A stretch of DNA of 64,000 bases from Eubacteriales bacterium (GCA_031551135.1 JAVBOA010000006.1:17502-81501), one strand, 5' to 3'; positions 21,252-30,837 are shown, counted from the first letter of the stretch. Notes: generated by a model from the sequence alone, not told the origin. Numbers and translations: made by a program.

Positions 21252-22415
21252 TCAGTTTCTTCTGCCTCTCAAAAAAATAGGTATATCAAAAGTCGTTTCA
21301 TTTATATCTCTGATTGGTCTAAGGGTTTGAACATCTTTATTAGAACTATCGGAATATACAAAATTCGGAAACTTCTGGTCTGATTGAGGCGCTTCTTCTT
21401 TTTGCTCTTCTTTAGCTTGGTTTTGAGTCTGCTTATTTTTTAATACACTAACTGTATCGGCATTATCGTCTAAACCAGTAGCAATAACTGTGATAATAAC
21501 TTCATCTTTCAAATCGTCGTTAATAGTTGTACCGAAAATAATCTCAGCTTCCGGATCAATCGCTTCGCCGATAATATTTGCAGCCACATCCGTATCAAAC
21601 AAACCAAGGCTGGAATCGCCCGCAATACTTATTAAAACAGATTTTGCGCCCGCAATGGAAGTTTCTAAAAGCGGAGATTTTATAGCAAGCTCAGCGGCCA
21701 TAGAGGTTTTGTTTTTTCCGTTTGCACGGCCAACGCCCATATGTGCCACGCCTTTGTTGGACATAATTGTTCTGACATCGGCAAAGTCAAGGTTAATAGT
21801 ACCCGGCTTGCTTATCAAATCCGAAATACCTTGTACACCTTGTCTCAAAACTTCATCTGCTTTTTTAAAAGAATCCAATAAAGTAGTATCTTTATCAATA
21901 ATCTCCAATAATTTTTGGTTAGGAATAACTACCAAAGTATCAACAGCTTTTTTTAGTTCTTCAATTCCGTTTACAGCGTTTCGCATACGAACTTTGCCTT
22001 CAAAACTAAAAGGTTTTGTTACAACACCGACTGTCAGTATTCCTTGCTCTCTGGCTATCGAAGCAATAACAGGTGCCGCACCGGTTCCTGTTCCGCCTCC
22101 CATTCCGGCTGTTACAAAAACCATATCTGCACCGCTAATCGCCTGCGCAATTTCTTCTTTAGTCTCTTGCGCAGCTTTCATTCCGATTTCCGGATTTCCG
22201 CCTGCACCAAGACCGCGAGTCAATTTATCACCTAATTGAATTCTATTAGCTGCTTTGGAGCCCATCAAAGTCTGGTGGTCTGTATTAACAGCAATAAATT
22301 CCACTGATTGCACATTATCTTCAATCATTCTGTTGACAGCATTATTACCGCCGCCGCCAACTCCTATTACTTTTATACGAGCGGTTCTGTTTTCAGATGT
22401 AGCTATATCTATCAA
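21252..22415 (-). CDS. ftsZ: Cell division protein FtsZ
   Basis: [17 protein letters not shown] and the tubulin signature [16 protein letters not shown] start after AGGAGGG. Confidence 0.97.
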   Translation of the reverse strand: MIDIATSENRTARIKVIGVGGGGNNAVNRMIEDNVQSVEFIAVNTDHQTLMGSKAANRIQLGDKLTRGLGAGGNPEIGMKAAQETKEEIAQAISGADMVFVTAGMGGGTGTGAAPVIASIAREQGILTVGVVTKPFSFEGKVRMRNAVNGIEELKKAVDTLVVIPNQKLLEIIDKDTTLLDSFKKADEVLRQGVQGISDLISKPGTINLDFADVRTIMSNKGVAHMGVGRANGKNKTSMAAELAIKSPLLETSIAGAKSVLISIAGDSSLGLFDTDVAANIIGEAIDPEAEIIFGTTINDDLKDEVIITVIATGLDDNADTVSVLKNKQTQNQAKEEQKEEAPQSDQKFPNFVYSDSSNKDVQTLRPIRDINETTFDIPIFLRGRRN

Positions 22416-22482
22416 AGTTTTTCCCTCCTAATATACTAAAATTAAGATTTAATTTTGCTATAAAAACGACAAAATCATTGAA

Positions 22483-23187
22483 TTATGTATCAATAGAAAC
22501 AGTATTGCTTTTCAAATTTACTGTCGCTTTAATTTCTTTGTAATTCGGTAATTTTATAATAACTTCTTTTATGGTCTGGATTTTAGTATCGGCATCAGAT
22601 ATATCTCCAAATAATATATCGACATTATTAACCAGTAAATGTATATCGTCCAAATCGGATAAATTAACAATAGTTGTATCTTCTGTTAAATTATATTTGC
22701 TCATTAATCTGGACAAAACCAAAACCGCATTAAAAGCCTCTTTATTTTCAATTTTCAGTATTTGACCTTGATTAAAATTTTTAAAATCAAGCCCCGTAAC
22801 AATAGGAAGTTTATCCTTAAAGCCCGAAACTACTTCTAAAATAACACCTTCCGAGTCAATATATAAATATGTATCTTCCGAGTATTTGACATAGCCGCTT
22901 GGTATGCGCTCGATTATGTTTATTTCAATATTGTCAGGCAATTTTCTTTTTACAGCAACATCTTTAATATAAACATTTTCAGATAGCTTAGCTCTGGCAT
23001 TTTGAGTACTTGGCGTGAAGATACTTTTGTTTTCGTAGTTCAGAGCGCTTTTTATTTCTTCGGCAGATATAACTGAATTTCCATTAATTTTTATATTCTT
23101 AACTTTAAAAACCGGCAATGCGAAAACACAAACCATAGCAATTATAACAACACAAACTATTCCTACGATTTTAAATGATTTTTTCAA
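22483..23187 (-). CDS. ftsQ: Cell division protein FtsQ/DivIB (POTRA domain)
   Basis: N-terminal TM helix, then FKVKNIKINGNSVISAEEI (POTRA-like). Lies directly upstream of ftsZ. Confidence 0.8.
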   Translation of the reverse strand: MKKSFKIVGIVCVVIIAMVCVFALPVFKVKNIKINGNSVISAEEIKSALNYENKSIFTPSTQNARAKLSENVYIKDVAVKRKLPDNIEINIIERIPSGYVKYSEDTYLYIDSEGVILEVVSGFKDKLPIVTGLDFKNFNQGQILKIENKEAFNAVLVLSRLMSKYNLTEDTTIVNLSDLDDIHLLVNNVDILFGDISDADTKIQTIKEVIIKLPNYKEIKATVNLKSNTVSIDT

Positions 23188-23267
23188 AAACTTACACTCC
23201 CTAGCAATTAAATGTTTACGCCGGAATTTATCAAAATGTACTTTTTAAACAATAAAAACAATTACTT

Positions 23268-23383
23268 ATACTATTTTCATTTAGATAAGTAGAAAAAAAT
23301 TTTTCACAGCGGAGCGTTTCGCGCAATGCTTCAAGCGCGAAATGAAATATTTTTTTCTATCCTTAATATTGAAAATAGTATTA
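23268..23383. repeat. Family-1 nested-palindrome element, full copy 1
   Basis: ATACTATTTTCATTTAGATAAGTAGAAAAAAATTTTTCACAGCGGAGCGTTTCGCGCAATGCTTCAAGCGCGAAATGAAATATTTTTTTCTATCCTTAATATTGAAAATAGTAT. 13-nt perfect terminal inverted repeats plus an inner TTTCGCGC/GCGCGAAA hairpin. Confidence 0.9.
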
Positions 23384-23441
23384 ATAAAGCAAAACGATTC
23401 TAGACTGATTTTTTAAGTATACGCAACATGCATTATTTTTA

Positions 23442-23470
23442 ATGATACTTGTTAAATAGCATGATGTCAA
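23442..23470 (-). promoter_or_regulatory. Sigma-A type promoter upstream of ftsQ
   Basis: Minus strand reads TTGACA - 17 nt - TATCAT. It lies upstream of element copy 1. Confidence 0.55.
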
Positions 23471-23580
23471 TAAAATCTAAGGCAATTATATAAAAATAAT
23501 TCGCAAAATATTATACTACTTGTCGTTGTATATTGCAAACACCAAAAAAATCTGTAAAAAACTTCAATAGAGTTACGAGT

Positions 23581-24057
23581 TTATGATTTAAAGAATTCTT
23601 TGTCCGATTTATTAAGATATTGTGATTCTAAATTATTCTTCTCGTTATAAATTTCGAGAGTCTTTTCTATTTCACCATTGTCAGAATTTTTTATTTTAAA
23701 TTTTTTATTTTCAATTTGATATGAAAAAGCGATTTCGTTTCCATAAATTGTGCATTCTAATATTTCTGTATTTGCAGGCATAAAAGGTTTTGAAATATTT
23801 CTGGCGCGCTGTGTTATTACAACATAGTAATCATTGACGTTCATAGCCCTCAAAAATTCACTGTCGGCTCGGAATAATTCAAAAATCTGTCTCTCTTCAG
23901 CGGATATTATTAATTCTGGAATATCTCTCGTAACTTGCTCGGCTTCCAAAGCTTCCGGGTTCGGCTCCGGTGATAAAATGGCGAATATCAGAAAAATAAC
24001 TATAGGCAGAATGAGCAAAAAAAATGATATCATTAAAATCATAGTCCTTCTTTTCAT
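23581..24057 (-). CDS. Hypothetical membrane-anchored protein
   Basis: ATG 24057 preceded by GGAGG. MKRRTMILMISFFLLILPIVIFLIFAILS is a single N-terminal TM helix. No recognisable domain. Confidence 0.5.
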   Translation of the reverse strand: MKRRTMILMISFFLLILPIVIFLIFAILSPEPNPEALEAEQVTRDIPELIISAEERQIFELFRADSEFLRAMNVNDYYVVITQRARNISKPFMPANTEILECTIYGNEIAFSYQIENKKFKIKNSDNGEIEKTLEIYNEKNNLESQYLNKSDKEFFKS

Positions 24058-24104
24058 TAGTGAGCCTCCAATCGCAAAGAGAGTTTTTAGAATAATCAAA
24101 ATAT

Positions 24105-24153
24105 TATACTATTTTTATTATAAAGGATAGAAAAAAATGAAAATAGTATTAAT
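24105..24153. repeat. Internally deleted family-1 element
   Basis: TATACTATTTTTATTATAAAGGATAGAAAAAAATGAAAATAGTATTAAT keeps both terminal repeats and the GGATAGAAAAAAA arm but lacks the GC-rich core. Confidence 0.6.
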
Positions 24154-24290
24154 ATGAATATTTTTTGACGAGAATTGCTGTAAGAAAAATTAGAATGTAT
24201 CGGATTTAAAATAGGCTTATGTCTTTAATTACTATTATAGTACAAATAAAGAAAAACAGCCATGACAAATTCATGACTGTTTCTAAAGAT

Positions 24291-27080
24291 TTAAGGACTA
24301 ATGAAATCATCAACAAACGGTACTTCCGAGCCACTGTCATCCGGAAAAATAATAATATCGTCCGGCGGCGGTTCGGGAATAATATTCGTTGTAGGTATTT
24401 GATGATTGTCGTTGTTGTTGTTATTAAAAGGCTGATTGTTATTGTTGTTACTATTATTGTTGTTATTGTTATTACTGTTATTGTTGTTTACGCCAGCGGC
24501 ATTTGGGTCAGGATTTTGTGTTTGCGTTGGATTTTCGATAGGCGTACTTCGTGCGGCGGTATGCACATTGCAATACCCTCCCAGATGAATTTCATACGCT
24601 CTGTCTTTAATATTCGCAGTACCGTTATATGGATCTTTTTTCACAATACCAACTTTTGTGCCGATAGTAGTTGTCGGACAAAATTCAGTTGGGCGCATTC
24701 CGCTAACCGTACAAACAGTTAAAGCCGAATGAACATCACAATATTCCGTCGGTTGTGTTCCAGATACAAATAATTCTGTAATAACTCTTCCGCCGCGCGG
24801 GTCACTTGCGCATAAATCAGTCGGAAGCATGCCGGAATCTTTACAAACTTCAACTTCTATAATATTATCCGGCTTTTCAAATTCTACAACTTCCATTCCT
24901 TCATGAATACGCTCCATAATGGTACGCCAAATAACAAGGTGATATCTTTGGTTATTCAAAAACATCTCTTTATTATCATCATATCCAAACCAAATACCGG
25001 CGGTATAATACGGAGTGTAGCCTACAAAATATAAGTCTTTGTTATCAGATGTAGTTCCGGTTTTACCGGAAATCGGCATTTCAGAGTTTTGGAATTTAGC
25101 GGCAATACCGGTTCCTTCGGGAGTTAAAACGTCACGCATCATATCTGTCAAAATATAAGCATTTCCCGGTTTTATAACTTGTTTTGGCTGTTCTGTTGTT
25201 GTATCCAGAACAACATTGCCTTCACGGTCAATAACTTTTGTGTAAAATTTAGCACGGTTAAGATTGCCGTGATTTGCGATTGAGGCATATGCCGCCGTAA
25301 CTTCTGAATTGTAAATTCCAAAAGTCAATCCTCCGAGTGCTGTTGATAAAACCCGGTCTGTTTGACCATTTTCATTCATTTGGTCTACTAAAGTCGTAAA
25401 TCCAAAATTCAATAAATAACTGAAACAAGCGTCTACACCGGTTTGAAACATATTCTGTACCGTGACAACGTTCGCAGAAGTCTTTATAGCATCACGAATT
25501 GTGGTAAGCCCTCTATACTGATCGCCCCAGTGATTTCTCGGAGAATATGGATCAGAGCCTGTACCATAAGTATAAGGTCTGTCATCAATCGGAGTAGCGG
25601 CAGTAATTTTTCCCATATCAAGCGCGGGAGCAAAAGAAGCCAAAACCTTGAAAACCGAACCCGGAGACCTTTTCGCTTGCGTTGCTCTATTAAAGGATAA
25701 GCTTGTCTTTTTTTCGCCGCGTCCGCCGGAAACAGCCGTTACATAACCGGTCTCTTGATCCATGACTACAAAAGAAGCCTGCGGCTGCGGAATATCGTAT
25801 ACTTTTTCGGCCGTAATTTCGTCATTAGGCCCCAAAATTTCGTTTTGTTTGCTCTTTACAAATTCGTCGACTTCTTCTTGACTGTAAACAGTTCCTTTAA
25901 AACTTTTATGAGTTTCTTTATCTGTTAATTTATTTTTGAAAGATATTCTATATTCAACATCTATTCTGTATCCTTCAGCCGGAAAAAAGCTGTCATCCAT
26001 CATAACTTCGTCGACTATAGCTTGTTGCTTAGGGTCTAAAGGGATTTGAATAATATATCCGGCATTACTTATTTCTTTTATAGCTGTAGGTTCAGTATAG
26101 CCTTTTTGTTTTTGTAAATCCAAAACTACTTGTTCAAAAACAGCATCTGCATACCAAGAATGAATACGCGAATTTCTTTCTTGTATCATTTCTCCGGTGA
26201 TTCTGGAATAAACACCATTTTCGCCTAAATCGGCATATGATGTGTTATACTCATCATCGGTTATATAACCTTGAGTCAGCATATTATCTAAAATCAAGGT
26301 TGCTCTTTTTTTATTATTTTCGGCATGATTCACAGGCTCATAAGTTGCCGGCCTGTTTGTTATAGCTGCCAAAACAGCGCATTCTGTTAAATTCAGCTCT
26401 GAAACATCTTTATTGAAATAATAATGAGCGCCGGTTTGAACGCCGTTTATGTTATAATGCAAGCCTATTGTATTCATATATTGTTCAAGTATATAATCTT
26501 TTGCTTTTTCTTTAGATTTGGTAACTTCGACAACGGCGGCTTCATACTTTACAGCCAAAAACTGCTCCTGAAGCTTTGTTATTAAAGTATTTCTCATAAC
26601 ATTTGTAACAGTATTTTTGATAAGCTGCTGAGTTATAGTGCTTGCGCCCTCGCTGTCATCAGAAGTGATTGTTACATATGCAGCCCTTGCTATACCTTTT
26701 AAATCCACACCGTTATGTTTATAAAACCTCTCATCTTCAATTGCGACATATGCGTCTTTCAGATTTTGCGGAATTTTGTCAAACGTAGCATATTCTCTAT
26801 TTTCGTCAGCCCTAAAAGTATCGTATTCTTCGCCTGTGCTTGCATAAACAAGCTTTGTTGAAAATTTCTCCGGCCTTACTTCCTCGATACGGATAGTTTC
26901 TGCGCTTTCGATAATTCCGATATACGCACCAAGTACCGCGCCGCACAGCGCGAAACCTCCAATAAGAACAACCGCCAGCAATACCCTGAAAAATATTATT
27001 AAGCCTTTATTTCGTATTCGCTTAACGTTCTTATTCTTTTTTTGGGTATTTCGAGAGTTATTCTCTTTAGAATAGTTCAT
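24291..27080 (-). CDS. Class A penicillin-binding protein (glycosyltransferase + transpeptidase), 929 aa
   Basis: GT51 motifs AIEDERFYKHNGVD and GASTITQQL. Transpeptidase SPGSVFK (SxxK) and SGKTGTT (KTG). N-terminal TM helix. Asn-rich C-terminal tail. Confidence 0.9.
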   Translation of the reverse strand: MNYSKENNSRNTQKKNKNVKRIRNKGLIIFFRVLLAVVLIGGFALCGAVLGAYIGIIESAETIRIEEVRPEKFSTKLVYASTGEEYDTFRADENREYATFDKIPQNLKDAYVAIEDERFYKHNGVDLKGIARAAYVTITSDDSEGASTITQQLIKNTVTNVMRNTLITKLQEQFLAVKYEAAVVEVTKSKEKAKDYILEQYMNTIGLHYNINGVQTGAHYYFNKDVSELNLTECAVLAAITNRPATYEPVNHAENNKKRATLILDNMLTQGYITDDEYNTSYADLGENGVYSRITGEMIQERNSRIHSWYADAVFEQVVLDLQKQKGYTEPTAIKEISNAGYIIQIPLDPKQQAIVDEVMMDDSFFPAEGYRIDVEYRISFKNKLTDKETHKSFKGTVYSQEEVDEFVKSKQNEILGPNDEITAEKVYDIPQPQASFVVMDQETGYVTAVSGGRGEKKTSLSFNRATQAKRSPGSVFKVLASFAPALDMGKITAATPIDDRPYTYGTGSDPYSPRNHWGDQYRGLTTIRDAIKTSANVVTVQNMFQTGVDACFSYLLNFGFTTLVDQMNENGQTDRVLSTALGGLTFGIYNSEVTAAYASIANHGNLNRAKFYTKVIDREGNVVLDTTTEQPKQVIKPGNAYILTDMMRDVLTPEGTGIAAKFQNSEMPISGKTGTTSDNKDLYFVGYTPYYTAGIWFGYDDNKEMFLNNQRYHLVIWRTIMERIHEGMEVVEFEKPDNIIEVEVCKDSGMLPTDLCASDPRGGRVITELFVSGTQPTEYCDVHSALTVCTVSGMRPTEFCPTTTIGTKVGIVKKDPYNGTANIKDRAYEIHLGGYCNVHTAARSTPIENPTQTQNPDPNAAGVNNNNSNNNNNNNSNNNNNQPFNNNNNDNHQIPTTNIIPEPPPDDIIIFPDDSGSEVPFVDDFISP
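24399..24491 (-). repeat. Imperfect (AAT/AAC)n tract encoding a poly-Asn segment in the PBP tail
   Basis: Encodes VNNNNSNNNNNNNSNNNNNQPFNNNNNDNHQ. The plus strand shows GTT/ATT repeats. Confidence 0.8.
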
Positions 27081-27188
27081 TAATAATATAACCTCCTTAT
27101 ATTGATAAAAAAGAGTATTCTATTTTTGGCTATGGTTATAAATGAGAATACTAAACAATTATATCAAAATTTGATTAATAAATAAAGC

Positions 27189-27302
27189 AATACTATTTCC
27201 ATTTTTATATATATAAAAAGTTATTTCACAGCGGGACGTTTCGCGCAAGCTAAAGTGCATAATGAAATATTTTTTTCTATCCTCTGGAATGGAAATAGTA
27301 TA
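27189..27302. repeat. Family-1 element, full but divergent copy 2
   Basis: AATACTATTTCCA...TTTCACAGCGGGACGTTTCGCGCAAGC...AATGAAATATTTTTTTCTATCC...TGGAAATAGTAT. Same architecture. The left half of the inner hairpin is degraded. Confidence 0.8.
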
Positions 27303-27473
27303 AAATATCCTCATATCGCCGTATCATAATATTTTAAATCATTATAATGTTAAAATAAGTACAGATTATGTAGTAGCTTTATTTATTCCTGAAATTTGTA
27401 ATTAATTAATATATATATCGAAAATAATGCACGTTTGCTAAAATATTGTTTAAAAAAACAGCATTTTGTTTTT

Positions 27474-27503
27474 TTGCCGATGCAGTATTTTCTGTGTTAT
27501 AAT
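27474..27503 (+). promoter_or_regulatory. Candidate promoter for glnA
   Basis: TTGCCG - 18 nt - TATAAT with TG two bases upstream. 27 nt before the ATG. Confidence 0.45.
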
Positions 27504-27529
27504 ACGTAAAAAATCATAGGAGGTTTTTT

Positions 27530-28864
27530 ATGAATACAAAAAATTTAACTGCTGATGATATAAGGCAAATTGTAAAGGAAGAAAATATTCAGTTTATCAG
27601 ATTGCAGTTTGTAGATATTTTCGGGCATATGAAAAATATAGCAATACCTCATACCGAGCTTGACCGTGCTCTAAACAATCAAATGATGTTTGACGGTTCT
27701 TCTATAGAAGGTTTTGTCCGAATTGAAGAATCTGATATGTACCTGTATCCTGATTTATCTACATTTACAATTTTTCCGTGGTATAAGGAACAAAAAATCG
27801 CCAGAATGATTTGTGATATTCATAGACCGGACGGAACACCTTTCGAGGGCGATCCGCGCCATATACTCAGGCTTGCCATTGAAGAAGCAAAAAGCATGGG
27901 ATTCGATTTTTACGTCGGTCCCGAATGCGAATTTTTTCTTTTTCATACAGACGAAAAAGGCGATCCGACGACCATAACTCACGACGAAGCTTCTTATTTT
28001 GATTTAGCTCCTATTGATAATGGTGAGCTTGCACGTATCGAAATGGTTAAGACTCTTATGGACATGGGCTTTCAAATCGAAGCCGCACACCACGAAAATG
28101 CTCCGGGTCAGCATGAAATAGATTTTAAATATTCCGACGCAATTTCCGCGGCGGATAATATTGTTACATTTAAGCTTGCAGTAAAAGTTGTTGCCAAAAA
28201 ACACAATCTTTATGCAACTTTTTTGCCAAAACCTTTAAATAATCAATGCGGCTCCGGAATGCACTGCACTATGTCGCTTTTTAGAGATGGAAAAAACGCG
28301 TTTTATGACGAAAACGGAGAAAATCAACTTTCAAAAGAGGCGTTTTATTTTATCGGTGGAATTATTAAACACGCAAAAGGCATGACTGCACTTACAAATC
28401 CTCTTGTTAATTCTTATAAAAGGCTTGTGCCGGGATTTGAAGCGCCGGTATATATCGCGTGGTCTTACGCAAACCGCTCTCCGCTTATCCGGATTCCGGT
28501 TGCACGAAAAACCGGAACAAGAATTGAATTGCGCCACCCTGATCCGTCGTGTAACCCTTATCTTGCATTGGCTGTGATTTTGCGCGCAGGCCTCCGCGGA
28601 ATAAAAGAAAAAATTTCTCCGCCTTCGGCTGTTGACGAAAATATTTACAGAATGACAGATGAGCAACTTTTGCAAAACGGAATCGAAAAATTGCCGACAA
28701 ATCTTAATGAATCAATCGAGGCTTTATTGGCTGATGACTTTGTAAAGTCGGCATTGGGAAACCATGTTTTGTTAAATTATATAAAGGCGAAAAAAATCGA
28801 ATGGAGCGAATATTCAAATTATATTCACCCTTGGGAGATTTCAAGATACTTGCGGTTATACTAA
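27530..28864 (+). CDS. glnA: Glutamine synthetase, type I
   Basis: 444 aa. FDGSSIEGF, GPECEFFLF, NAPGQHEID and NRSPLIRIP motifs. Confidence 0.96.
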   Translation: MNTKNLTADDIRQIVKEENIQFIRLQFVDIFGHMKNIAIPHTELDRALNNQMMFDGSSIEGFVRIEESDMYLYPDLSTFTIFPWYKEQKIARMICDIHRPDGTPFEGDPRHILRLAIEEAKSMGFDFYVGPECEFFLFHTDEKGDPTTITHDEASYFDLAPIDNGELARIEMVKTLMDMGFQIEAAHHENAPGQHEIDFKYSDAISAADNIVTFKLAVKVVAKKHNLYATFLPKPLNNQCGSGMHCTMSLFRDGKNAFYDENGENQLSKEAFYFIGGIIKHAKGMTALTNPLVNSYKRLVPGFEAPVYIAWSYANRSPLIRIPVARKTGTRIELRHPDPSCNPYLALAVILRAGLRGIKEKISPPSAVDENIYRMTDEQLLQNGIEKLPTNLNESIEALLADDFVKSALGNHVLLNYIKAKKIEWSEYSNYIHPWEISRYLRLY

Positions 28865-28879
28865 AATAATTTAATATTT

Positions 28880-28995
28880 ATACTATTTTCAATATGAAGG
28901 ATAGAAAAAAATATTTCATTTCGCGCTAGAAACATTGCGCGAAACGCTCCGCTGTGAAAAATTTTTTTCTACTTATTAAAATGAAAATAGTATTA
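28880..28995. repeat. Family-1 element, full copy 3 (opposite orientation on the plus strand)
   Basis: ATACTATTTTCAATATGAAGGATAGAAAAAAATATTTCATTTCGCGCTAGAAACATTGCGCGAAACGCTCCGCTGTGAAAAATTTTTTTCTACTTATTAAAATGAAAATAGTATT. Starts 16 nt after the glnA stop and ends 44 nt before the next ATG. Confidence 0.9.
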
Positions 28996-29038
28996 ATAGA
29001 GAATTTCAATGTTGTTTCGTTTAAAAGGATGATTAAAA

Positions 29039-30166
29039 ATGGATTTTAAAAAAAATATAAAGAAAATTATTACATCAATACTTGCCGTGTTTATTGCAAT
29101 TTTTGCTTACTTATCTGATAAAGATGTAATACCCGGTTTTAACAATGAAGATTCTGAAAGTACCGAAACAACAAATACTGAAAACACACCAAAAACAATT
29201 ACAAATTATAAGGATGGAGTGACAATCTATTATATAGATGTAGGTCAGGCCGACTCCACTTTAATTGTATCAGAATTTGGAAATATGCTGATTGACGGCG
29301 GCGAAAATGAGACCGAGAATTCACTTGTAAAATTTATTTCCGAAAAAGGAATTAATACTCTGGATTATGTTGTTGCAACCCACGCCCACAGCGACCATAT
29401 CGGCGGATTGGATAAAGTAATTGAAGAATTTAACGTAAAAAATATTTTAATGACAAACGGAATTAATGAAACGACATCATATGAAAACTTCTTGAAAGCA
29501 ATTAAGAAGAAAAAAATTACACCGCAATTAGTTAAATCCAATGATACCTTCGAAATGGGCGATTTGCTTTTTACTGTACTTAATCCTCTTTACGACAGAT
29601 ATGAAAACTTGAATAATTACTCAATTTGCCTTAAAATGGTATACAAAGATACTTCCTTTTTATTTATGGGTGACGCCGAAAAAGAAGTTGAGAAAAATAT
29701 TTTAAGTCTTGGAATTGATGTTTTGGCGGATGTTTATAAAGCCGGACATCATGGTTCTTCCACAAGCACGACCGAAGCTTTTTTAAATAAAGCGAATCCG
29801 CTTGCGGCGATAATCAGCTGCGGCAAAAATAATGATTATGGCCACCCTCATAAAGAAACAATTGATAAATTTAACCGAAAATCAATAAAAACATACCGAA
29901 CAGATTTATTGGGCACAATTACTCTTAATTCAGACGGCGAACATATAACTATAAATGGTGAGACGATAGAAACACGACATGAACTATTGAATAAAGAATA
30001 TGTTGATGAAAACGGAAATGCCTTGATAAAGGGAAATATTAACGCAAAAGGTGAAAAAATATATCATATGCCGGGAGGCAATCACTATGAGAAAACGGTC
30101 GCGGAGGAATATTTCAAAACGGAACAAGAGGCGCTTAATGAAGGATTTAAAAAATCAGGATCTTAA
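29039..30166 (+). CDS. Membrane-anchored ComEC-like metallo-beta-lactamase-fold hydrolase
   Basis: N-terminal TM helix. MBL motif ATHAHSDHIGG, later GDAE and GHHGS. C-terminal YHMPGGNHYEKT...YFKTEQEA tail. Confidence 0.8.
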   Translation: MDFKKNIKKIITSILAVFIAIFAYLSDKDVIPGFNNEDSESTETTNTENTPKTITNYKDGVTIYYIDVGQADSTLIVSEFGNMLIDGGENETENSLVKFISEKGINTLDYVVATHAHSDHIGGLDKVIEEFNVKNILMTNGINETTSYENFLKAIKKKKITPQLVKSNDTFEMGDLLFTVLNPLYDRYENLNNYSICLKMVYKDTSFLFMGDAEKEVEKNILSLGIDVLADVYKAGHHGSSTSTTEAFLNKANPLAAIISCGKNNDYGHPHKETIDKFNRKSIKTYRTDLLGTITLNSDGEHITINGETIETRHELLNKEYVDENGNALIKGNINAKGEKIYHMPGGNHYEKTVAEEYFKTEQEALNEGFKKSGS

Positions 30167-30383
30167 AATTTTAGTAGTAGATCGAATTGTCGAAAACAAA
30201 CTGGTATGCCAAGAATTAGAGACCGAAAAAATTTTTAATTTCAATTTATCTTCCGATTCCCGAGAGTATAATGAAGGTGATGTTTTAATTTATGGCGGCG
30301 GAGCCTTGAAATTTGATCAGGAACTAACCGAAAAGCGCAAAAAAGAAATGCAGTCGTTGTTTGATGATTTATTTAAAAATTAG
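30138..30383 (+). CDS. Small protein, DUF3006-like
   Basis: ATG 30138 overlaps the upstream gene end by 29 nt. KILVVDRIVENKLVCQELETEKIFNF...GDVL resembles the DUF3006 family I recall as a frequent partner of ComEC-like MBL genes. The ORF-track start at 30051 is an out-of-frame overlap extension. Confidence 0.55.
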   Translation: MKDLKNQDLKILVVDRIVENKLVCQELETEKIFNFNLSSDSREYNEGDVLIYGGGALKFDQELTEKRKKEMQSLFDDLFKN

Positions 30384-30407
30384 ATAATAAAATTGAGGAG
30401 TGATTAA

Positions 30408-30827
30408 ATGAAATTAGCAGTTAGGTATTATTCACGCGGCGGAAACACAAAAAAACTTGCTCTGGCGGTTGCCGGCGCACTAAATGTAATGGCGCATACG
30501 ACCGGTGAAAAAATTACCGAGCCTATTGATATACTTTTTTTGGGTTCGGCACTGTATGCATGGCAGCCTGACAAAAACATCTCCGAATTTATTAAAACGC
30601 TTTCACCTGAAATAATAAAAAATGTTGTGATTTTTACTACATCCGCAAGCCCAAATTCACCTTATCCGAAAATCAAAAAATTATTGGAGGAACAAGGCCT
30701 AAATGTAAGCGAAAAGTTTTATCACTGCCCGGGAGAATTTCTGTTTGCAAATAAAAACCGCCCGACAGAAGACGATTTGAAAAAAATTGCCGAGTTTGCT
30801 AAAGATATTGTAAAAACGATGGAATGA
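30408..30827 (+). CDS. Flavodoxin-family protein
   Basis: 139 aa. N-terminal YYSRGGNTKKLA phosphate-binding-loop-like motif. GGAG RBS. Confidence 0.65.
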   Translation: MKLAVRYYSRGGNTKKLALAVAGALNVMAHTTGEKITEPIDILFLGSALYAWQPDKNISEFIKTLSPEIIKNVVIFTTSASPNSPYPKIKKLLEEQGLNVSEKFYHCPGEFLFANKNRPTEDDLKKIAEFAKDIVKTME

Positions 30828-30837
30828 GGAGAAAAAA

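Noticed and set aside
21490-22239. 249-aa ORF on the plus strand
   Set aside because: It is fully antisense to ftsZ. Its low-complexity Ser/Pro/Ile-rich translation is typical of a shadow frame opposite a Gly/Ala-rich gene, and it has no RBS.
24219-24722. 167-aa ORF on the plus strand (VVVVIKRLIVIVV...)
   Set aside because: It is antisense to the poly-Asn tract of the PBP gene. The Val/Ile runs are simply the complement of AAT/AAC repeats.
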